NCBI GenBank assembly: GCA_964276515.1
Contig: OZ193909.1
Span: forward strand, 19,282,001-19,346,000
Direction: 5' to 3'
Length of the DNA stretch: 64,000 bases
From: Gordius albopunctatus
Lineage: Eukaryota
Each line of letters starts with the position of its first letter. The stretch's first letter is position 1. Positions 23,964-37,504 of this stretch are shown piece by piece. Made by a program: the position numbers and the translations under genes. The notes beneath the pieces are model-generated. The model had not been told where the DNA came from and searched no databases. It saw only the letters and a list, made by a program, of their open reading frames with translations.

Positions 23964-26900
23964 CAGTGGCATAGCTAGGGGGGGCCTGGGCCCCCCCCCC
24001 CCCCCCAAGGGAAAAATCTTGGGCCTCCGGGCCCCTTCCGCTATTATTTTTTTAATCTTAATTAAGAAACAATATAAAGATTATTATTATTGTTTCTGGA
24101 TAAAAGTTTTAATTATAATATTACAAATAAAAATAAAGATGCTGTATAAGACAATAAAGGTTGAAAATTGTATCAAATTGTTGAGTTGACATAATTATAT
24201 AATTTCAAAATTAATATTAATTTAAAACCCAAGTTTTTTATAATTAATTTCCACTTTACTTTTATTATTTAATATGAATAGCAATAGCAAGAAGCAATTA
24301 AAGCTTAACATGTTTTTAAAGCCCTTAGCTCCAAGCAATAGGTTAAATCAAATAGGTATTTCAAATTTTTTATTATTAGGTTTATATATAAAATATAATA
24401 TTAGATGAAGAAAAAAATGCAGTCCTGAAAGGTATTTACTTAGTGTTAGTGCTTTCATTCATTTATTCAAATACAAATTTATAGAAAATGAAAAGGAGAA
24501 TTACATTGGCAGTAATAGTAATAGCTCTTCATCTTCATCCTCGAGTAATTAATTATATTAAATAAATAATTTCAAAGCCATATATTAGGTGACACTGAAG
24601 GTCTTAATAATTTAATTGAAAATGGCATTCTAGAAAATTCCAATCATAAAAATAAAAGATTGATTTCAAAATTGATTTATATTATCCTATCATCGATAGA
24701 ATAATAGCAGAATTAAACATAAGATTTTCGGAAATTAATTGTAATTTATATAAGTACTTAGAAGGTTTAAACCCTTCATCCCCTTTTTTGCCATAAATCT
24801 CTATCAGAATTAATTAACCATTATGAATTAAAACTGGAAGACAGCGAAATAAAAATGGCAAAAAAGTTTGTAACACATTATAACTCTTTATCTTCAAATA
24901 AAATAAAATACAATGATATTTTTTTACTTATTAAAATCTTGCCCCCAATAGTGTTTCCAAATTTTACTATTTTGATTAAAATAATTTTAACTATCCCAAT
25001 AACTTCATGTTCATCATGCGAAAGATCGTTCTCATTGCTAAAACGGATTAAAACTTATCTTCGTTCCACAATTGGACAAGATAGGTTATCTTCCTTACCT
25101 TTATTGAGCTTAGAACATGACTTTATAAATGTTATTCCCCCGGATGATATTATAAATTCGTTTGCAACATCGAGTAAAAGGCGTAATGAACTACTATTAA
25201 AAGACTAATTTTAATATTTAATGAAAAATTATCTGGGCTTTTAAACTTGTTTTAAACTTTTTAATACTTTCAAAATCTATTTTTGTTAGAATTGACATGC
25301 TTTATTAAATAAAAAGTATTAAATATTGAGCGGAATTGTTAAAAAGATACAAGAACAAAAACATTTATAAAAAAATGATTAAAACACATTATCCGTATCT
25401 TCATCTTTGAGAATGGACATTGAATCCATCAAAGAATAAAAATTAGATTTAGCGATCGCGATGGCAATTGATTGTCGTAGTAAAAAACTATTCGATATTT
25501 TACAAGGGGGCGAGCGTTTATTGAGTTCTTTAAAAAAATTAATGTGCTCCTCCCAAACGTCCCTGAGCACGACGAGACGATAGGAATAAAAATTGAGGTT
25601 TGGGATAAAGCTGAGTACTTTAAGGATTTACGATGCTCTGCCGATCCTAGGGGGTCGTGAGTATCATTGGAGGGGGCAAATAGGTCAATACAGGTGTAGT
25701 CCCATTTTAGGAAAAGGTCTTTGTCCCATGGGATAAGTGACGAACCGTCCGGATGCATCCGCCCTTCGAGAGAGGGATCTGAAGGTTCAAGGATCGAAGG
25801 AACTTTTTCTCGTTTGAGGGCAGCTTGAAGCAGTGTATTTATTTTTTGGTGTCTACCATACCGGCTTTTGTTAAATTTACAATGCATATGGTGACGTGCT
25901 TCCTCATCTACAAGTGAATTACAAAGCCGGCAGGGGTATGGGAACGTGTATTTACAGCCCAAGCGGAGGGTTATATTATAGGACAGGGTAGGATTCTCCA
26001 AAAGCATACCCGAAAACTTACTAGGGTAAGCTTCAAGCCATTCATGACCATATTGGTCGAAAGCCAATGACCTAAGATTGCAATGCTGTTTGGCGTCTCA
26101 TGTCGAGAGAAGGTAATCAACGGACCGCGACACCAAACTTGCATCCAAATCTTTTTGAGCGTATGATTGTGGTATATTAGCTCCTACATTGACGTTCTCA
26201 TTCCATAAGGATAGGGCTTGATTTATGGAGTGATTAAGTGGGAATGGGACAAGGTCGTTAATATGATGATTAAAAGATAGAGAGGAAGAAATAAAGGCGG
26301 CTAGGGAAATCGCAGATGGTGAGCGAATACCTAGACCACCGGATTTTGTGGGAAGTGTGGCTTGAAGCCAAGTATTGGTGTTAAAAGAAATATTTAAAAT
26401 TGATTCAAGAGTGATTTAAAAAAGTTTTCATAGTCGTGTAAAACTTCTTTAAATAAAAAAGCTTGTGTGGAGCGGAAGCAGAATAAAATTTTGCTAATGT
26501 TGTAATAATTTTTTATAATGAAAAAGGAATTATGAGAGGGCATAGATTTAAAAATGTCTAATTTGGTTTTTAAAAAAGAGAGATTTTTGTCTAAACATTT
26601 TTTGAGGCATTCAGGGCACCCGATAGGTGAGCGTAAAACATACATATTGTCTTTTTTAATTTTGGCAAAGTCAAAAAACTTTGGGTGAATGGTATCCAAG
26701 TCAGAATATATTTCACTTTTATTAAGTGACACTGAAGGTCTTACTAATTTAATTGAAAATGGCATTCTAGAAAATTCCAATCATAAAAATAAAAGATTGA
26801 TTTCAAAATTGATTTATATTATCCTATCATCGATAGAATAATAGCAGAATTAAACATAAGATTTTCGGAAATTAATTGTAATTTATATAAGTACTTAGAA

Positions 26901-27688
26901 GGTTTAAACCCTTCATCCCCTTTTTTGCCATAAATCTCTATCAGAATTAATTAACCATTATGAATTAAAACTGGAAGACGGCGAAATAAAAATTGCAAAA
27001 ATTTTTGTAACACATTATAACTCTTTATCTTCAAATAAAATAAAATGCAATGATATTTTTTGACTTATTAAAATCTTGCCCCCAATAGTGTTTCCGATTT
27101 TTAATATTTTGATTAAAATAATTTTAACTATCCCAATAACTTCATGTTCATGTTCTCCTGATATAAATGCTGCCTGTAAAATTAAAATTTGTTATATATA
27201 TGGCCAAGATTTTTAGGGTTGAGGCAATAGTTTTTATAAAAACTTCGTTATATAGTTTTTTAACTATTTGCATTTTTTTTAAAAATGTCATCGATTTCTT
27301 GTCAATATCCCCGTTCCACTTTGTACCCTTACAATTCATTTATACAAAACTTATTATACCATGTGAAATTTTCTATATTGTTTCAACTACATAACTTTGT
27401 TTTATTTATGAATAAATTTTATTTATTTTATGCTCTATAAAACAGAAGGGACATATTAGTGTGATGTCACACAAAGTAGTAGCGGAATTTTAACTTTGTC
27501 CAACGTTCATGAGGGAAAAATTATTCAATTGCATTTGACCCATGGTCGTATTTAGGTTTTGGATGGGGGGGAGGGGGCAAAACATAAATATTTTTTATTC
27601 TTAAAGGTGGGCGTAGGAAATTTTTTTGTCCCACCTCCCATTTGACCAGCTCAGATCCCCCAAGGCAAAAAGGCTAGCTACGCCACTG
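23964..27688 (+). mobile_element. Internally deleted hAT DNA transposon with nested CRE-like element
   Basis: TIRs CAGTGGCATAGCTAG / CTAGCTACGCCACTG; perfect 8-bp TSD CAAAGAAC; hAT dimerisation domain at 24855-25208 (FPNF..LIKIILTIPITS..CERSFSLLKRIKTYLRSTIGQDRLS). Confidence 0.92.
25340..26726 (-). mobile_element. 5'-truncated CRE-like RLE non-LTR retrotransposon, second subfamily
   Basis: WLQATLPTKSGGLGIR, EWLEAYP, LRLG, CRLC...HHMHC...RH, HPDG..IPW...WDYTCIDLFAPS, KSLKY; clear homology to 15145-16287. Confidence 0.82.
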
Positions 27689-29316
27689 CAAAGAACATAA
27701 AAATATTATTTTAGGTCGCTCTTTATTTGGTGATTAAAATCAACCTTAAAATTTAGGAAAAATTGCGATAACATTAAATTACTAATCAAAAAGAATTATA
27801 AGAGTTACGAAGCTAAAAACATTTACTCGCTTTTATTTTGTTTAAAATTTGTCATAAGTAATAATAATTAGAATAGAATTCGGGTATTATATATTGAACC
27901 CTAACAAAAACGATTCTAGAGAAGTCTAATTACTTTTACGATAGGTATTATATATATTCTATTTTTTATTATTCCGTCCGTGTTCTCATGTGAGTTATTA
28001 TAATAATATATATAAAGTATCACAGTACCCTACGATTGTCCATTAAATTGCACTTGTCTATACGGAACTTTCAAGGAGTCTCACAAATGTTATAGAGGTT
28101 ATCCACAAATATTGTTGAGCATAGTGATTTGATAATTATTACTATTAATTCACAAAACTAAATTACATGATTTCATAAGGGGATTAAATAAAATTGAAGG
28201 CAAAAAACAGTAAGATAATAAAAATAAATATAATTTTATAATTTAAAATTGATGTGAGAGGCAGACATTATGAATAAAATGCGGGGAGAAATTATTCTTT
28301 TTAGCCATTTTAAATGAAAAGGGATAAACGTAAAGTTATAGAATAATGTCAATCTTTTGAAAAGCCTAATATTTTATTTGTACCTATATAGAGATATAAA
28401 GTTAATATGAAATTATCTTGGGCTTATATCAGTGGAAATACTATACCAAATGTCTTAGCATCATTTTAAAAAATAAATTTATAATTTTTGGATTAGGGGG
28501 GGGGCAAAACATAAATTTTTTTTAATTTTTGTTTTCGTCATTTAGGGGCTGGCTAAGCCCATGTAATTTGTTATTACAGACGAATCTATTTTAATAAACT
28601 AAAATCAAATAGCAATTTATATGTACAATTTATAGCTAAAAGGCCTGATCAAATCTGCAAGAGCGATCTTGAGTGTTCACGTTTTACAAAGCATGCTTTC
28701 TGCGAAAATTCCAAATGCCGATGCCAGGACAATTTTTATTCTCATAATGATGCCTGCTTTCCCGGTATAATGCAAAATCAAAATTAATAAAGACAATTTT
28801 AATTAAAAAGTGCAGATCATTGGATATTTAAGACTTAAATTTATTTCGATTTTTGCCTAATAAGTTACATAATGAGATCAACTTATGAAATAAGATTTTT
28901 ACGTAGCGCTAACATAATTTCACATAATTATTTATAAAAACAAACGGTAAAACACCAAATTGAACAATTTAAGAGTTCTTGGTTTAAGGATCTGATACAA
29001 AAGAGCAAAAGACTTTTTAATTTTGACTTTTTTTAGAGCTTAAGGCAATGCGGTTGGATGATTTAATAGTTGACCTGTACTACGAATGTTCATTAAATAA
29101 ATTGCTTTTTTATTTCTATAGCTTTGGGTAGGAAGACCAATTGTATCGTTATTATTGGAATCCCGTTCTCGGATTTAAAGTCATTGCTACAAATGAATCG
29201 TGACCAAAAATATATCTTTTTGAAAGGCATCGAATATAAAGTATTAATTAAGGTTGAATATTTATTCCATCGTGTCATTATTAACCTACTTTAATTTCAT
29301 TATCTACTATTAGGTT

Positions 29317-29597
29317 CATAGACTAATAGACTGCTCATTCCCTTTTAAAAAGTTTCCCACATTTTGGCAGCCATTTTGAAAAGTTAAACATAAATTTTGG
29401 CCAATTTATATGGTTTGATGAATTTTTAAAATCGCTATAATGATTAAAATGGGTGGTTTCATGTTATAAGATCAATGATTATAGTCCAATGCAATCCATT
29501 GCTATACAAACCTACTTCACTTATTAAAATGGCGGTCGTTTTTGGCAACACTTTTGATGCGTGAATATATAAGAGATGAGCAATCTACTAGTCTATG
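29317..29597. mobile_element. hAT-type MITE
   Basis: TIRs CATAGACTAATAGACTGCTCAT / ATGAGCAATCTACTAGTCTATG; perfect 8-bp TSD ATTAGGTT. Confidence 0.85.
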
Positions 29598-30663
29598 ATT
29601 AGGTTAGACAATTTTACTATTTAAAATGTTGTTTGAAATGAATGTTTTTAAATAGATTGATTCTGTGCTTGAAAATCAATTTCCGCATTCCTATGTTTCG
29701 TTATTCCTGGATATTAAGTAAATAATCTTAACAGATGTCAATAATAGTTTTTAAAATTAATAGCAAACGAATTATATGTAAATTTATTATATATTGCTAT
29801 AGTGACGCTGATAAAAACTTAAAAACTACAAGGCAACGTTTAGTTATTGAAATTATTTATACCCAATTGAAAATCAAATGAATTCTTTAAAATATTATCA
29901 GATATTTAGCGATAAAATATAAGGTATGATATATGTCCTATATTCTGTGGTCCGCTCGTTATAATTCAATCTTACAATAAGGGCTCGAGATCGGGTTCGA
30001 ACCCTCATGCTTTAGGGTTGTGCTTGTATAGGAATTAATACGTCTCAACCCGGCTTGAAGCAAATCCTTGAAAATAAAGCATTGAAAAAATAATTTTCAA
30101 AATATAAACAGCCCATGTATATATAATGTTTATAAAACGTATGGAATATTATAACATTTAATCATCTAGCCTCTCTTTCCCGAATCTAATATTCAAAATA
30201 ATGAACTCTTTTAAAATTTAAACCGTAAAATATAGCTGTTATTTTATCTCAAATCCCTTTAATTATAATATAGTAAAATGAATCAGATATTAATTTGTCG
30301 TAGCAAATGTTCTTGTTTGAAATAACTTGCTAATCCAAGTTGACCTCATAGCTGTTTATATAGTCAGCGAATTAAGGTATCGGACCGATCTCGAATTAGA
30401 AATATATTATTTCCTCTGTGTGTGACCGGACTTGGTGATGTAATTGTAAAGGAGGGATAGCTCTTAAAATGATAAAAGGCCATTTTGCAGTTTTGTGAGG
30501 GTATAATACAAAAACACTTGGTCTTGAGAAGTAAGATTATACCTTAGAAGAGCGCCATTATTAATGAGATATGCATTGTGATTACAATATTAATTAAAAT
30601 GATTCATTGTTATTAACATAATTTTCTAACCTTTTCGATTTTATTAGTGAATTTAGTAATGAC

Positions 30664-32977
30664 ATGGAGGTTTTCGTTTACCTAACCTCTGCCTCATCGG
30701 TCGTTGCTTCAGAAATTGAAGATATATTCTCCCAGGATATACAACTCCAACTAACCCCATATTTTAATACAACTCTCATCGTTCCTACGCAATCACTACA
30801 AGCTGAAAATTTTAAAGGTTGTCGTAACTAAAAATGAGGATATTATGCGAATATAAGGACAAACAGAAACGTGCGTAGACTATTACAGTATAGACGGGCG
30901 AACAGCTGATCCGCCTTGTCTAGGGCATATTTACACAGACTGAAGGCAATTTCCAGGAAGCCTAGAATTCTAAAAAAACTAAATATTAAAGTTATGTGTG
31001 AAAAGATAAACTATTAATGTTCTCATTAATGTTTTCTCCATAATTTTGCTATTTGTTTCTGTATAAAGGCGCATAATATAATAACTTCACCCAAAATGGC
31101 GATTTTTAATGAAAAAATCAGCTGTTCGACAGTCATTTCGCTACCCAAGAATTGGAGTGCTCTATCTGCAATTTTTGAAAATTTTTAAGTAAAAGTGCTA
31201 TTTGGTAGATTTTTATATATTCTATCATAAAATTTTTAAAAAATGTGGGAAAATTTTTTTTTGGCTTCGCTATTAAGGCTCTTATTTGGCTAAAATCGCG
31301 AATGTCAATATTTTTCAGAATTGGTTTGCGCTATCTGCAATTACCCAATTGCGAGCGCTCATTTAATCACGTGAATAAATCGTCTGCTTCTAAATTTTAA
31401 TTCGAATAATATCTCTACAATTACTTTTCACATTGTTATATGTCAAACATTGATAAATAAGAACTATTTCGGGTGAATATATGTAAAATTAATATAAAAA
31501 TATAGCCATAACTAGTATAAGTTTCAAGGTGACAAATCAAAAAATTGTAAATGATGGTTGAAATTAGACTACAGGCAAAATTTGTATAAATGATTAATAC
31601 TAATATTAATTTTAGGCTTTGCTTATTATTGCGCATGGAAAAAAATGGTTGTTATGGCCAAAACAAAGTTTGCAAGAGAAAGCTAAAAAATTCAAATTTT
31701 AAAAGAGAATATTTAATATTATTCAAGATTGTCAAGAGTTAAATTTTTAAAGAAAATATTTATATAAAAATAGATATAATTGATTGTACTTCTACTAGAT
31801 GTTCTTTTGTATATATCATTTATTTTAAAATTAATAAATTAATAGTATTTGTTGTAAATAGTATAATTGCTACAAATTGCTCCCATTAAATATTTTAGCC
31901 ATATAAAGGATATAAATCATTATAATTGTTTTAGAAATTTAATTATATACTCAAAGATATTTAAAAAATTTCATAGTTTACCTTAATGTACACAACCCCA
32001 AATTATTGAATAAATTTGAGTAATTAAAGTAATATAGTCATTATAATATATAACTAATTTAATAATCTCATATTTATTTTATTATTAAAGTTATAAGTCA
32101 TAAATCGTCAATAAAACCTTAAAACTTGCGATTAATAATGCAAATAGAGCAAAGTAGCTAAATAAAATCGCAAAAAATTTAGAACTTTGCTCTATCTGAA
32201 ATTTAAAAAATCAATTTTTTATGACATAAAAGAAATAACCTACATTTTTGGCTAAAATAATATAGATGCTAATACTTTACACTATAAAGCTTAATTTTAA
32301 GTAATATGAATTGAATAATAAGTTCAGATTTTATAGCATTTCAAACTTTGAACTCAATTATCTCAGTTCGGAGTTTTGTGCAGATAGAGCACTCCAATTC
32401 TCAGCTAGCGATTTGTTTAATCCGTGTTAACGTGTCTGTTACAAAATTTTATTTAAAGCATATTTTATTATATCAAAATATATTTTATAACTGTAAATGA
32501 TATTTTAATATACACTAACAGTTAGTAATGTTATCTGTACATGGTTAAACATTGCAAAAATTTTATATGCACCTATTATATAACTCTTATATAGGTGCCT
32601 GCTCGATCAAGAAAAACAAAGACGTAATCTTATGGTGGGTATCCGGTCTGATGATAGTGTTAATAATTTTCCTATTCATTTATTTTCACATACAATTTAA
32701 AGGTATGTCTCTGCCATTTATAATTGCAGAATGGATTAAAATTAAAATTTTTATCATATAAGGTCATTACGTATCCTACCTTAAACACCCGTGGAAACAA
32801 GATGGCATGCCGGAACCATATGTTCCTTCGGACCCGGAGGAGTTATCTTACACTTTACATTACCTAAAAATTCTCCCCGATCAAGTTAATCCGTTGCAAT
32901 GGACCATGACTAAAGAACAAAAAAGAGCATCACTATATGAGAGTCCAACTGATTCTCCTTCAGATTCCGGTTGGTAG
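30664..32977 (+). CDS. Predicted 158-aa single-pass membrane protein of unknown family; exons 30664-30817, 32595-32702, 32763-32977
   Basis: Three GC-richer open blocks joined by phase-1 GT-AG introns into one ORF from ATG to TAG; hydrophobic segment VILWWVSGLMIVLIIFLFIYF. Confidence 0.6.
31139..32410. mobile_element. Non-autonomous TIR element with 4-bp TSD (possibly Sola1-like)
   Basis: TIRs CGCTACCCAAGAATTGGAGTGCTCTATCTGCA / TGCAGATAGAGCACTCCAATTCTCAGCTAGCG, ATTT on both sides, internal repeats of GCTCTATCTG. Confidence 0.7.
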
Positions 32978-34494
32978 TGACATCAAAAACAATTAATTTC
33001 ACAATTTTATTGGCATGGGATAAATATGGGATGATGAAAAAAATGCATAAGATATAAGAAAATATACTCGAAACAAGCTTTAAATACGATATACTATATT
33101 ATCTTGTTTTTTTGCCTGTGTTTGCATAAGTTTAATATGAATTCAAAATCAAGACTTATTTTTTTGCTTTAATTAAAACAATTGCTGCTGAAAGTCATCG
33201 ATTAATTGTAGAAGCGTTTAGATATGGCAACTTGAGCGTGAAAGACAAAAATCTCACATAAAAATTGAAGAATTTCATTCGCGATAGTCAACAATGGACC
33301 TGATAACCAAACAGCTTTAAAATCTTTATATTTATCCTATCATTTTAATTTGCCGACAGAAAAATAATCGAGGTTTATATCTTATAAGGGATAACGTTTT
33401 CACTAAAATAATATGAACTTTTATATAGTTTTGATAGTTATTTAAAGCTTAAGATGGTGCATATTAATTCGTATACACTATATTATGACATTTATGGTTG
33501 AACGAACAATATTTTATATCAGACGAAGAGACGCATCATCACATAACAAAGCTGAATGTAAATCAAATGGTTGACCTTTACTTGGAGTACTACTACCATA
33601 ATTATTACGATTTCGACTACCAATATCCCTACGACTTTGAATATGACTATACAATGGACGATGAGAATGGTGATGATACATGGCTAAAAAGATACCAAGA
33701 TGATACTTTTCACCCCCTCCCTACTTCACCTTTAGATGACAACTACCATTATGAATGTGACTGAGATTAGGATTACGATTTTAATATTTAACGATAAAGA
33801 TTGTAATTTAACATTGTTTAAGAGCTCGTTATAAAATTGAATTGTCTTAATTTTGTAATTGAGTTAGCGCATCGTGTTCTAAAAGGGTTGCTTGTTGACG
33901 ATTGAATATAATAAGAGATTGAGGGGAGCATACAATATAACCTTTAGGCAGGCACCCAAAATCTCTTACTTAATATACCACTCCCCTGTGGTCTCACCTT
34001 TGGTTAATACAAATACATTTGATTCTAAACTGTATAAACGTGGGTGAAGATTGGGCAGGGTGTTGAAACGGGCGTAGTCAGGTTAGAAACTAAATAGGGG
34101 AAATAATGCTTTGAGGAGGAGCAAAATGATAACTTTGTGAAATTTAAGCCATATTTACATTTGTAGTATTTATTAAGATACGGGAATAAGATCAGAAGAA
34201 CAATAATTTATATTTGGAATATTAGAATCTTAAGTACAAAAATATAAACACAAGGACGTTTAACAACATATTTTTGACAAAAAATTCCTTTAAAATTTAA
34301 TTTATCTATATATTTGGATATTTTTATATCTTTAACAACTTAATAGGAGAAATTTGATACGCCAAATTTAATATACAAAAATCAGTAAGATAAATATATC
34401 GGCACTTTTACCAAAATTGGCATAAGCTTTAAAAACAATTTCATCTATGTATCAATTTTTACAATTTTTTTGGTTAAAAAGTTCATTTTCACGA

Positions 34495-34615
34495 AAAAAA
34501 GTTACACGAATAAGCGAAATACAAAAATAAAGACATATTGGTTAAATACAAAGATCTATATCATTATCTTCTAAAATGGGCCATGAGTCGGCAAAGGATT
34601 TAAAGTTGTATCGTC
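34495..34615 (-). mobile_element. Short 3'-end fragment of the CRE-like family
   Basis: Reverse complement closely matches ~16145-16265. Confidence 0.75.
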
Positions 34616-36390
34616 TTAGCAATTCAATTGTTACCCATTCACTAACAGACTGACTAAATTCAACTTTTTTTAAGCGACCCTAATAAAAGCATGGGCGTTG
34701 ACAGGGAGTTCCTCTAAATTTAAAAATTGCTGCAATTATAGCTAAAATTTCGAAAATGTATGATTTTGCCCTCTCCTTAAATCATTACTGCCCCCCCCCC
34801 TTTATTTCCAATCCTGGCTATGTCCACGAATAAATGTAAAGAATATTTTAATAAAAAGCGTTAAATCAGACTTTACCAAAAAAGTAATTTACTAATTTAT
34901 AATGTAGATGGCGCTATAAACGCTAGCTTAATATAAAATATTTCATTCTCAAAGATTATTTAATTCATCCTATTATATAACGTTATTGTGTTCTTATATC
35001 AAAATATGTATGTTAGAAACATTTAATACCATAATAAGCATTTCCCTAACCATCTGTACATACTTTTTGAGAATAATTAAAAGCTGCGGCATGTATAAAT
35101 AAGATTCGGGTATTCATGAAATTGCGTAGCTAGGATTTTCTCAAGGAATTTTTCAAAACAGATTTAAACTATAAGCTAGATCATAAAAATTCAGTATGAA
35201 GTTTCCAGATTAGAAACAAATGCATAATAATGAAAGATAAAATTCATGAGTTATAGATGTTTTGGACCGTTAAAACGTTCACAAAAAGATTAATATAAAT
35301 TTATGCGCTCGAACCAGGGCCGCTTCGATTTTATCGTTTAATTGCCCGCTTAAACACTTTAAAGTGTAGGTCCGGCCATGCCCGAATCATTAGAACTGCC
35401 TGACCAAAATATGATAATTTTTCACAATTTTTTGCAGTAATCCGGTATATTTTACAAAAAGTTTAAATTTTATTCTTGTTATTTTTTGGATCAGCACTAC
35501 TACGATAAATTTATTGCAATAAAAAGCTGACAAAATAATATACAAACACATGATAATCTATTCTATAAAAAATCGCATAAAGCCCGAAGCTTGTGATGGT
35601 GCCGGCCCATTTACGACAGTTGCCCGCCGCTGCTGTGGTCTCTAGAAGCGGTGGTAGTTTTAAGGCGATAAATGATGGGGTTCGAGATTCCTTCCAATCG
35701 CCCAGAATTTTAGGTGAGGATTTTGGAAAAACCCTTAGGTGGATGCAAAACCGAAGGCTAAACATAAAAGGTTTGATGTTGTCCTTAACTCAAAACCCCA
35801 GCCTTGGGTATATTAAACCATTCACGCACTAACCTGAACCCAGACCTTATTGATTTGATTGAATAATGCTGAACCATAGGTAAAGTTTAATGATGTATTA
35901 TCCAAACTCTATATTTAACCATCACAATAATTCTAATCCTTTATTGCAAAGTTTATGAAAAAACACAATGTCAAGAATACAGAAGAATTATTTTTAATAT
36001 CAAAAAGGAAAAATGTGAGAATAATGTTATTGTAGTGATAACACTGCAAAATTTTAGTCCTTAAATCATCTTATATGCTTTGATTAAATGAAAATTGAGG
36101 ATTTTGATGATGAGAATAATGAATTCTATGTTGGAAAAGGGTTCATTGCTATTATCAAGATTTATAAAAATGATATATAGGTAGGTTTAAACTAATAATT
36201 TTAAAGCCTGAGATAATTTAAACAAAATATTTACATAGAAAAAGTTACAAATTCAATATTAATTTTTACAAGTTCAAGAATAATTTTATCAAGATTTGAA
36301 ATGCAAATTATTTATATATATGGTTTTAAGAATAATATATCTACGTTTGAAATAATAACACTTTAAGTTTTTTCTTATTCGCTTGTTGAT

Positions 36391-37504
36391 TTATTTAAGA
36401 TGTTTTTTCAGTTTAAGTTCTTTTTCCCATTCCTTTTTCCTTAGCATGTATAAAGCCATTGTAGCTTTGGCATCTTCCACCTGCCATATATATGTATTTT
36501 AATGTGCATATTTATTGTTTACATCTAAATATATACACAGTTTAAATAAACAATTATTCTAGAAAGATACTAGGTAAAGACAATTAAAAATTACCTAAGA
36601 TTTTGAAACTTATAAATCTTGTAAGTGAAACCTAACACAACTTAATTTGAATTTATCTCATCTTAAAATACAATATATAAGAGAAAAAGTTGCAAGGATT
36701 TAAAAAAGTAGTTCATTTATTGATAAGATATAAACTTTGTTACACTTACAGAATCATGGATGTTTTGCTGAATATCCATATCCAAAAAAATTTTTGCTAA
36801 TTTTTTTAATGATGGATGTTTACTGTTGGCCTTTTGACAAAAATATTTATGCCTCGAGGTATCTCTTATAAGTTTCTGGGGATGATTTAAATATAAAACC
36901 TTTAAATCATTTTTTAGAGCATGACCAACTATGATCCTATCTTTAAGTAAGTCAGCAACCTCTTTTTGAACAATTTTAAAATCTTTGCCTAATTTTTAAT
37001 ATTATATAATAGGTAATTTGTATATGATTTAATAACAGTAATATAAATAAAAATTACCTTGTAGTAAATCATTTATTGAAATACCAGTAATATTTGATCT
37101 AAAATTTGTTATTTTTTCACGGGGTTTAACATAAGTATCATAAACACATTCACCCATTTGGTTAACAATAGATACTTTAGCTAGATGATTATCTTGACCA
37201 TTATAGCCAACACCTACAAACTCACAATCAATGGCAAGGCATTTTGTCAGATTGCTATTTATAAATAAAAAAAATATTCACCCATACCTTGCATTAAATG
37301 AAGTAAGCTTCCTTGATTTAAAATCACATCTCTGAAGGCCTTTTATATGTTGAGACTTTGATGATTTGGTTATTATTAAATTCTATAATATAGTAATATA
37401 TATGCACATGAGTAATAATTAATAACTTTGGAGAGTGATTTCCAATTGCATGAAAATTGAGAACTATTTTTCGGACGATCAATGACTGTAACTATGTCAT
37501 CCAT
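36391..37504 (-). CDS. REXO4: RNA exonuclease 4-like DEDDh exonuclease; exons 37504-37427, 37382-37288, 37254-37058, 36988-36750, 36480-36391
   Basis: SCNWKSL, LTKCLAIDCEFVGVG, LAKVSIVNQMGECVYDTYVKP, IVGHALKNDLKVL, IRDTS, PSLKKLA, HDSVEDAKATMALY...EWE; GT-AG introns. Confidence 0.92.
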
